Positions 16,917 through 24,900 of a stretch of 64,000 nucleotides of DNA are shown here, one piece after another (the first letter of the stretch is position 1; every line of letters starts with the position of its first letter). The stretch is from Eubacteriales bacterium (lineage in GTDB: Bacteria; Bacillota; Clostridia; Oscillospirales; CAG-272). The translations under genes and the position numbers were made by a program. The notes below the pieces were generated by a model that ran no database searches, had not been told where the DNA came from, and saw only the letters and a list, made by a program, of their open reading frames with translations. The stretch lies in NCBI GenBank assembly GCA_045612715.1, contig JAZKZP010000125.1, positions 9,943-73,942 on the forward strand. The letters run 5' to 3'.

Positions 16917-18954
16917 CTAACTTTTCCTCCACATCTTCATAATCGTACACATCTACGTCCGAATAATTAAGACCATAGTGATATAAATAATTTTCAAATT
17001 CTGGTTTTAACTCATTCCAGTTTAATGCAAGCTTAGCATATTCGCGAAATCTTCTAAACTCTATTTTTGCCCATGCCGTAAGTTCTGTAGAAGGCAAAAC
17101 TATTACATCGTATATGTGCGCACTTTTTTTGCCATTATAAGTTCTTAAAATACGTCCACGCCTTTGAACAAATTCCCTATAATCATCGTTGCTTGAAAGA
17201 ATTAATGCACTCTTGATTGACGGAATATTAATACCCTCGTCCAAGCATCTTATTGCTGTCAACGCAGATATTTCTCCCTTGTTAAAGGCATCGACTAACT
17301 CCATACGTTCATGCATATTTTCTTGTGCAGTAAACTGACTTGCCTTATAACCAGCAGAAGAAAGAACGCGTTTTATAGACTGTATATGTCTAAGTTCCTC
17401 TCCGGTATTGTTATCGAACAATCTACCATCACCGCAATATACAACAACGTGATCTTGCTCTTTAACAGAATCTATTATTTTCATAATATACTTCTGCTTT
17501 TCTTCTGCCATGGAGATGGCACGCAATCTACCTCTCAATGCTATAACAAGTTTCTCGTGATCTATGCATACTTCATTTCTGAAACAAGAGGCTATTCGAG
17601 CACTAAAATAATTGAATTTTTCTTCGTCATCTTGCGTACTGTCTACAAATATCGGGTGATAATAATATGGAACAAGGTACCCTCTCTCAAGGGCATCTTC
17701 TATCGTTAGGCTAAATACTTGTCCTCCAAAGAAGTTCATTAATTCTTTACCCTTAGTTGCAGATGTACCACTAAATGGTGTAGCACTTAAACCAAGCATA
17801 AACTTAAACTGACAAGAAACATCCTCTGATTGATTTGTAAATCTATGTGCTTCATCTACAATCAAAAGTTTATCTTCATTGGATTTTATCAGTGTGTTTT
17901 GAAATCTATCCATGTTGAAAGAAGCAATTGTAGAAATAATTATGATCTGTTTATCCGGATTATATCGCTTATTAATAATTGCTTCTGTCATTTGTTGCTC
18001 CCACTTGGGATTTTCCGATGAAACAAGGATTATTTTAGCATCAATAAATGCTTTTTCCACATCTTCACACCACTGCTTAACTAAATGTTTATACGGAGCA
18101 CAAATCACAATCATCGAAGAATGAGTTTTAAGCAATTCTTTTGCAGAATAAATTGCTGTCCAAGTTTTACCGGTACCTGTTGCCATAACATAAAATCCGT
18201 GATAACCGTTATTGACCCAGGATGCAATGGCTTGCTCCTGGTAATCTCTCAATGTTATGGGATTTTTTGGACTCGAAGATGATTTTCTTTGTTCTATCAT
18301 TTGCAAAATATTAGATTCTGCACTTTTTTTATAATCATAAACTTTAACGAATTCATTGGTACCATTCCACAAAGAATCAAATTCTTTGATTTCGTCTTCT
18401 ATTCTTTCATTATCTTCATTAATCCAACTTTTAGCGGTTCTTATCTTCTCGTAATTATGTTGATAACCACTCAACGTAGCATTAGCTGATCCATAAAAAA
18501 CAATTATATTACCATCAAAATCGGTAAGAATACCTAATTTGTCGTGATAAATACCATAAGTTTCAGTTACTGCAATCTTAATATCCAAAATTCCTCTCGC
18601 TATTAATGTAGCTAATAACTGAAGTTTGGCGTCATCAAAAATTTCGATTTCGCGCATAAATTCTCGTGTAAAAGAGTTATTAATTACTTTTTCTCTTGCT
18701 TCGTATCCTAAATTAATAGCCTCAATGTCTTCGGCGGTTAATTGAGGACTTGCAATCAATTGAACTCGCCCATTATTTCTCGCGAGGGCAACAATACCAT
18801 CAATAATTGGTTCTAAAACTGAAGATGAGAAAAATCCAACGCTTCTTTTATATTCTTTTGTACATTTTAAAGCTGGAGTTAGAAAAGCTTTTGCTATGCT
18901 ATCCTGACCCATACTAACATAACTTTGTTTAATTTCTAAATCTCTAAAATTCAT
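16909..18954 (-). CDS. PLD-family (single HKD) nuclease domain fused to a DEAH-box SF2 helicase (~681 aa)
   Basis: HKD motif is IYHDKLGILTDFDGNIIVFYGSANAT. Helicase motifs are VMATGTGKTWTA (I), LIVDEAHRF (II), LGLSATP (III) and QRRGRILR (VI). The ATG at 18954 forms an ATGA overlap with the upstream stop. The track's 18960 start is a TTG. Confidence 0.85.
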   Translation of the reverse strand: MNFRDLEIKQSYVSMGQDSIAKAFLTPALKCTKEYKRSVGFFSSSVLEPIIDGIVALARNNGRVQLIASPQLTAEDIEAINLGYEAREKVINNSFTREFMREIEIFDDAKLQLLATLIARGILDIKIAVTETYGIYHDKLGILTDFDGNIIVFYGSANATLSGYQHNYEKIRTAKSWINEDNERIEDEIKEFDSLWNGTNEFVKVYDYKKSAESNILQMIEQRKSSSSPKNPITLRDYQEQAIASWVNNGYHGFYVMATGTGKTWTAIYSAKELLKTHSSMIVICAPYKHLVKQWCEDVEKAFIDAKIILVSSENPKWEQQMTEAIINKRYNPDKQIIIISTIASFNMDRFQNTLIKSNEDKLLIVDEAHRFTNQSEDVSCQFKFMLGLSATPFSGTSATKGKELMNFFGGQVFSLTIEDALERGYLVPYYYHPIFVDSTQDDEEKFNYFSARIASCFRNEVCIDHEKLVIALRGRLRAISMAEEKQKYIMKIIDSVKEQDHVVVYCGDGRLFDNNTGEELRHIQSIKRVLSSAGYKASQFTAQENMHERMELVDAFNKGEISALTAIRCLDEGINIPSIKSALILSSNDDYREFVQRRGRILRTYNGKKSAHIYDVIVLPSTELTAWAKIEFRRFREYAKLALNWNELKPEFENYLYHYGLNYSDVDVYDYEDVEEKLDE

Positions 18955-21674
18955 ATCCAATCCTCGTCCATATCTAAATCAATATCAATTTCTTCTGCGA
19001 TCAGATCATCGATATTATCCAAATTATCAATAGTGTATATTTCTTTTAGCGTTTCAGTAACAACTCCAGCAAATTCACTAATATCTAATTTACCTACTGG
19101 AGCAATTAAAGGTGCCGATAATCTGAATTGATTATATGTCGTACCTACAGTTAATTCCTTACTCCATTTCAAAACAATACTATATATCAGCCATTCATTC
19201 CAAGGTGCTGAAATTTGGGGTAATTTATGAAGACAATCAAGTGATGAAACCAAAACCGTTTCATTGACATTATCCTGCAACAATTCAATTACTTGATTAG
19301 CAATTTCCTCTGTTATACCTAGAAAATCCCATGTAGCCAAATATTGTTGATTCATCAAAGCATGCGTATCATTAAAAGAATTCAACAATTCTAAAATAGA
19401 GGATATATCATAGTGAGATTCTTTGGCAAATTCCATAATATCAGAAATGACTATTTCATCACTATTCAAAATCATATCTTTAATTTGTTCTTCTGGATTT
19501 TCTATATTAACATTATAATTTGCTATATATGGTCTCTTAAATTGATACTTATCGTGGAATAAATACTCCAATACCGAATACATAGCAGAAGGAACATCTA
19601 TAAATAATTTGTTTAATAAATCATTATCATCTTTTTGAATATACTCAAATATCTCTATGTAGTGCTTAGGCTTGTCGGCAGCAAGAAATTTTGATACTAC
19701 TGCATTCAAATAATTTTTATCATAATCAGTAATTTTCAATTTGCTTGCATGAATATACTTTCCAAACATATTTAAAATGCCATTGCCACTCAACGCATAA
19801 GCTATAACCACTTCCGTAACTCCTGGGAAAGCTTTATATATTACTTCTTTTTTAATGGGATAATCATATTGTTTAACATAGTTTACAATTTCCACATGGA
19901 ATGATGATGCAAACTCATTTTTAGATATATAATCCCTACGGAAAACAAATTCATTACCAAACAATTCTTTGAGTACACCCTGAAGATAATATTTGTTATC
20001 TATACCTTGTTCTAACAACTTTTCTTCAAATATGGAGAACAAAGTATTTGTAAGGAAAATCTCGGCTGGATTATCAATTATATATTGATATATCTCATCT
20101 GCTAATTCCTTAGAAATATATTGAGTTCTTTTGGGCATATACTTGCCTCTTCCACAAAGAACAGACAAGTCTGCAATTCTACCAGAGATTGCTCTATTGT
20201 TCTCTGGAACAGTTCGACAACCATATTCTTCTGAAGCTATATATCTAACAACATTCAATTCATCCTCATCGTAAATATCCAATCCCTGAGGATAGTACTT
20301 CTCTAATATTGCAGTATATACTTGAGAAAGTGACATTCTAGCTCTATGATAAGTAGATCCGTCCTTAGGAAATTCATCTAAGATAGCTTTTTCAATCAAC
20401 TCCTGAGGTATACCTTGGTTTTCGATAGCATCAGTAACCACTTCATCGTATGTTTTTTCATCAAAAGTATCAGGCAACTGAGCAATTATGTTACTAACAA
20501 TGCTGTCAATAGAATCATCTCCCATTATAAACAAGTCAAGTTGGGAGTCATAATAATATGATGAACTACCTGACTTTCTTAAAAGATAAACCATCTCATA
20601 ATATTTATCTTCAAAATAAGGCATGAGCTCTGATGAGGATAAAACGTTATCCCCATTTAATTCAGCTGATATTTTTGACAAAATGCGCTTCTTATTATGA
20701 TAAAATTCAAAAATTCTATTTGCTTTTGCTTCCAGCTGTCTAATTCTCTCACGAGTAATTCCAAGTTTTTCTCCAACCATTTGAAGAGTTTCACCTCTTG
20801 ATCTTCCTTTAAGAATAATTTCCATATTGGGAGATCTACCATAAATACTCGTAAATATTTCAAGTACTTCTTGTTTTATATCAAAAGAACACCATTCCAA
20901 AAAACGAAGCAATATCGCATATGCTTCCTCGTTTTCGAGTAATACATCTATATCAATACTTTTAACTTTGGCATCTGGTTTTTCTGCTATTTGATATACT
21001 AAATTTAAAAGTTCTTGTATATCTTCTTTTCTTGTGTATGCCTTAATATATCCTTGTACTTTGTTTTCCAATCTGTCTTTTGGAATGTTCTTAAATCTCT
21101 CATCTATTTCTCTTCGTTTACGCTCATATCTATTGGTATTACGAATAAATTCCGTAAACATATTCATTACAGGAATAATAGTATTGGGTGATGCATAACA
21201 TTGGCGTGCTAAATCTGTTCCCAATATATCTATTGCTTCTCTATATTTGCAACTTTCTTCTTTAAGTTGCTCTGAAATTTCGTCCGCTTCAACAAATGAA
21301 AAATCATTATTCAATATATTTTCTATATTCTCTTTAATTATTTGATTGTGTCTAATAGCATTCGCATTCACATCGCTATTTTCTTTAATTTCAATAGAAT
21401 TTCCCTTACTCAAGTTATAAAAAAAGAGATGCAATTCGTCAACAGTCTTTTTTCCCGCATTTCTAAAATTTGAAAAATCCGAAACTTTTGTCGCATACAA
21501 CTTATGCAAAGTTGTAATACCATTTCTCATTAAAACGTTAGAAGTGCGCACCGAAAAAGAGAGTGTTAAAACGCTCACATCTTCAATCATCGATAAATCA
21601 ACAGGATACATTTCCCAAAATGTTTTATCTATTATTAAATTTTCGTCAATATATCTTTTGTGATCTTCATTCAT
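18951..21674 (-). CDS. 907-aa protein with an RNAP alpha-CTD-like HhH domain, a sigma-70 region-4-like HTH and a large unknown C-terminal region
   Basis: LSFSVRTSNVLMRNGITTLHKL...FRNAGKKTVDEL aligns by eye with alpha-CTD (LELTVRSANCLK...NLGKKSLTEI). GETLQMVGEKLGITRERIRQLEAKANRIF aligns with sigma-70 region 4.2 (TLEEVG..VTRERIRQIEAKALRKL). The remaining ~550 aa are unrecognised. Confidence 0.8.
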   Translation of the reverse strand: MNEDHKRYIDENLIIDKTFWEMYPVDLSMIEDVSVLTLSFSVRTSNVLMRNGITTLHKLYATKVSDFSNFRNAGKKTVDELHLFFYNLSKGNSIEIKENSDVNANAIRHNQIIKENIENILNNDFSFVEADEISEQLKEESCKYREAIDILGTDLARQCYASPNTIIPVMNMFTEFIRNTNRYERKRREIDERFKNIPKDRLENKVQGYIKAYTRKEDIQELLNLVYQIAEKPDAKVKSIDIDVLLENEEAYAILLRFLEWCSFDIKQEVLEIFTSIYGRSPNMEIILKGRSRGETLQMVGEKLGITRERIRQLEAKANRIFEFYHNKKRILSKISAELNGDNVLSSSELMPYFEDKYYEMVYLLRKSGSSSYYYDSQLDLFIMGDDSIDSIVSNIIAQLPDTFDEKTYDEVVTDAIENQGIPQELIEKAILDEFPKDGSTYHRARMSLSQVYTAILEKYYPQGLDIYDEDELNVVRYIASEEYGCRTVPENNRAISGRIADLSVLCGRGKYMPKRTQYISKELADEIYQYIIDNPAEIFLTNTLFSIFEEKLLEQGIDNKYYLQGVLKELFGNEFVFRRDYISKNEFASSFHVEIVNYVKQYDYPIKKEVIYKAFPGVTEVVIAYALSGNGILNMFGKYIHASKLKITDYDKNYLNAVVSKFLAADKPKHYIEIFEYIQKDDNDLLNKLFIDVPSAMYSVLEYLFHDKYQFKRPYIANYNVNIENPEEQIKDMILNSDEIVISDIMEFAKESHYDISSILELLNSFNDTHALMNQQYLATWDFLGITEEIANQVIELLQDNVNETVLVSSLDCLHKLPQISAPWNEWLIYSIVLKWSKELTVGTTYNQFRLSAPLIAPVGKLDISEFAGVVTETLKEIYTIDNLDNIDDLIAEEIDIDLDMDEDWI

Positions 21675-21714
21675 TTTATTATCCTCATCGCAAAATTATA
21701 TAAATATATATAAT

Positions 21715-21743
21715 ATAATAACATATATCACGAGAAAAATCAA
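21715..21743 (-). promoter_or_regulatory. Promoter inside repeat cassette A (drives the 907-aa gene operon)
   Basis: On the minus strand: TTGATT (21743-21738), 17-nt spacer, TGT-TATTAT extended -10 (21720-21715), about 40 nt upstream of ATG 21674. Confidence 0.5.
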
Positions 21744-21828
21744 GCAAAATACACAAATACTTGTACTTTTCGACTATTTTTATTCTTTTATCTAATTTTA
21801 TCATTTTTTATTCTTGTTTGCAAGAAAA

Positions 21829-21852
21829 AGGTGTAGCGAGATTGCTACACCT
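21829..21852 (-). terminator. Intrinsic terminator in cassette A
   Basis: The minus strand reads AGGTGTAGC-AATCTC-GCTACACCT followed by TTTTTCTTG. Confidence 0.6.
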
Positions 21853-21950
21853 TAGGTCAATTCACATTATAAATGTTTATTTTTCAGTTTTTCAAGAGTT
21901 CTCCTTAAGGCGATAAAAATGTAAAAGCAAAATATTATATTTTCTACACA

Positions 21951-21974
21951 AAAGGAGCGCCAAAGCGCTCCTTT
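21951..21974 (-). terminator. Intrinsic terminator of the 1834-aa gene
   Basis: AAAGGAGCGC-(4 nt)-GCGCTCCTTT hairpin lies 24 nt past the stop at 21998, followed on the minus strand by TGTGTAG. It sits in tandem with the cassette A terminator. Confidence 0.6.
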
Positions 21975-21997
21975 ATTTGGGGGTTAAATGATAACAT

Positions 21998-24900
21998 TTA
22001 TTTCTTTGGCATAGGATATTTTTGTCCTGAGCGCATAGGAAGTGAAGATAATTTATTCTTTAATTGGGTTTCAGCTTCTCGTTTGCTATCATCATACTTT
22101 TTAACCAAAGTTGCCTTTTCATTTTTGAGTGTATTAATATCAAAGGTCAAGTTTTGAATTTTGTTCTTCAATATTCCTTTGCGAATGAAGAATATAATTC
22201 CTGTGCAAAGAAAAGTAAAAAATGACATAGACTCAAGTTTTTGTTTTGTAGCAGCAAGCTCTTTTTCTTTTTCAGTAATTTGAGCTTCAAGAGAAGTAGC
22301 TTTTGTATTGTACTCATTAGACAATTTAGCAAGTGTATTTTGACACTCTTCTTCCGCTATCTTTGTCTCACTCGTAATAAACTCTTCTCGTTTTTGCTTA
22401 ATTTCTGCTTCTTGTGCTTTGCGCTTATCTACTTCTTGTTTTCTGCGTTCAGCGTCTTCCTGTGCCTTACGGTAGGCTTCTTCAATAGAATTTCCCGATG
22501 CTACTTCCTTGGCTGTTCTCAACGCCTCTTCTTCACGTGTTTTGCGCTCGGCTGCTTCAGCATCCGATTGAACAACTACATTTTTGGAAGTTTTATTTGA
22601 TTTCGGTTTTAATTTTCTAGCCCAATATACAGTATGTCTGCCTTTTTCTTCATAAAATTTCTTATCCCAATCTTTTTCCCAATCACTTGGTTTTGATTCC
22701 GCATCACAATAAATTGCTGTTAAAGGAGATTCCATGAATACTTTGTTTCCCATTCTAACTACAGATATCGGGATGTGTGCAGTTGTAAGTGATGCACAAA
22801 AAGCAAAAGCATTATCATCTATGCTTCTGAGGCCCTCTGGAAAACGAATTTCACGGAGTGATGAACAACCACTAAACGCGTATGCATCTATGCTTTTCAA
22901 GTTATCATTAAATTCAACACTTACTATTGATTCACAGTCATCAAATGCAAACAAACCAATCTTTTCTACAGAGTCAGGGATAACTACACGAGCCTGATTT
23001 CCTTTATATTTTTTAAGTACTCCATCTTCTATCTCAAATATAGAATCCTCCCAGTTGGAACCTACATTAGCAACTTTAGACCAATCTACTTTATACTTAT
23101 TATCACCAACAGAGGATGTATTGTTCCATTTTTCATCCCAACCATTGGGTTTACTATTAGCTTCACAGTATATAGTCATATTATCATTACAGGACTGAAA
23201 TGCAAATGGTTTGATCGTTTTAACCGACGAAGGGATTGTAATGCTCACCATTTCCTCAGCCCAAGTGATAGCACACTCTTCTATGTTAGTTACTGAGTTA
23301 GGAACTTCAAAATGTTGCAAAGAATCACAAAATCCTAAAACATAAGAATTTAGAGTAGTAATGGAGTTGCTAAATATTGCTTCTCTCAATGAAGAGCAAC
23401 TAGAAAAAGCACTGTTTCCTATAAATACAACACTGTCTGGAATATTTACACTAACAAGTGAGGTGCATTCGTAAAATGCATTGTTTTCTATTTTTGTAAG
23501 CGTATCCGGAAAATCTATTTCAGAAAGTGCAGAACACTCACTAAATGCAAAAGAACTTATCTCCTTGAGTCCATCATTTAGTTGAACGCTTTCAATAGAT
23601 GTACATTCTGAAAATGCTCCGCAAGCAATTCTTTCCACGAAATCAGGCACGACCACATGTGACTGATTACCTTTATATTTCGTAAGTACTCCATCTTCAA
23701 TTTCGAAATCTTGAATTGATGTTGTTGTAGTTTTTGAAGTTGTTTTCTTTTTTGTGGGAGTTTTGGCTTTTGCGGGGGCTTCTTTCTCCTCATCATGATC
23801 TTTGACATTAGACCCCCATACTACAGGGCAATAATCGCCCCAGTGTAGCCAATTCCAATCTTCGTGCCATTTACTAGGCTTTGAATCAACCTCACAGAAA
23901 ATGGTAACTGCAGTACATCCAAAGAATGCAGAGTCTTCAATTTCCATAACGGAACTTGGAATCGTTACTTTTTCAAGAAATCTAGAATATGCAAAAGCAT
24001 TTTTGCATATTTTTGTTACGGAATTAGGAATAGTAACATTTTCAATATACATATTTCTATAAAATGCTTGATTCCCTATTTCTATTACGCCTTGTGGTAT
24101 TAAAACATTAGCGCTATTTCCGTTATACGATATCAAAACACCATCATTAATTTCAAAAGCATCCGCCTCGGACACGCTAGATTGATTGCTCTTTCCAGGA
24201 TAGAATATAGTTGTAGTATCACCAGACTGCTTTATTTTAATTTGAGAAGTTGAATCTGTAATAGTATTGTGTACACACTTAGTCTTCTTCATCCATTCTT
24301 CAAGCACTTCAATGAAGTTATCAATAACTGCCGTGTCTTGTGAATCTACTTCTCCACCGTGGTTATGATATGCGTGGAATTGATACCCACCTACTTCGGT
24401 AAGCAAGAATCCGTTTGCCTTATTATAAGTCGGATCGCTAACATCGTACCAAGTTTGATATAAATAAGCACAATTCAAGTCTGATATCACGCGTCTAACC
24501 TGCACATTAGGGTTAAGAAGTCCTTTTAATTTAAACATCATTTCCATGCTATCAAGCATACCTTCATTAAATGGTTGAGTATTAGCAGGTCTTGATGCGA
24601 TAGCAAAGCTGAAGGGTTTGGCATCAATGTGATTGCTTCCATCAGGGGTGTTTTCAGAAACTGTATAAGTCCAACCACTATTGACACCGTCATTAGCGCC
24701 AGAACGATATCCATCGGGAATTGCGCAATGAATTACATCGTCAATAGTAAATTGTCTCCTATCATGATACGTTGGAACATTGCTTTGAACTTGTTCTTTC
24801 AACGCTGCTTTCACGCATTCTTGATGGTTTGCTTGTTCAAATTCATGATTTTCACTTTTTGCAAAGTGAACTGAAGACTCATATTCTGAGGGATTTGCTC

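Larger units (their letters stand above)
21707..21852 (-). repeat. Terminator+promoter cassette, copy A (second copy at 32258-32403)
   Basis: Alignable by eye over ~145 bp with 32258-32403. The cassette includes a perfectly identical 36-nt core tttgcaagaaaaaggtgtagcgagattgctacacct (21817-21852 = 32368-32403) and a conserved tatataatataataac / caagcaaaat..acaaatactt block. Confidence 0.8.
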
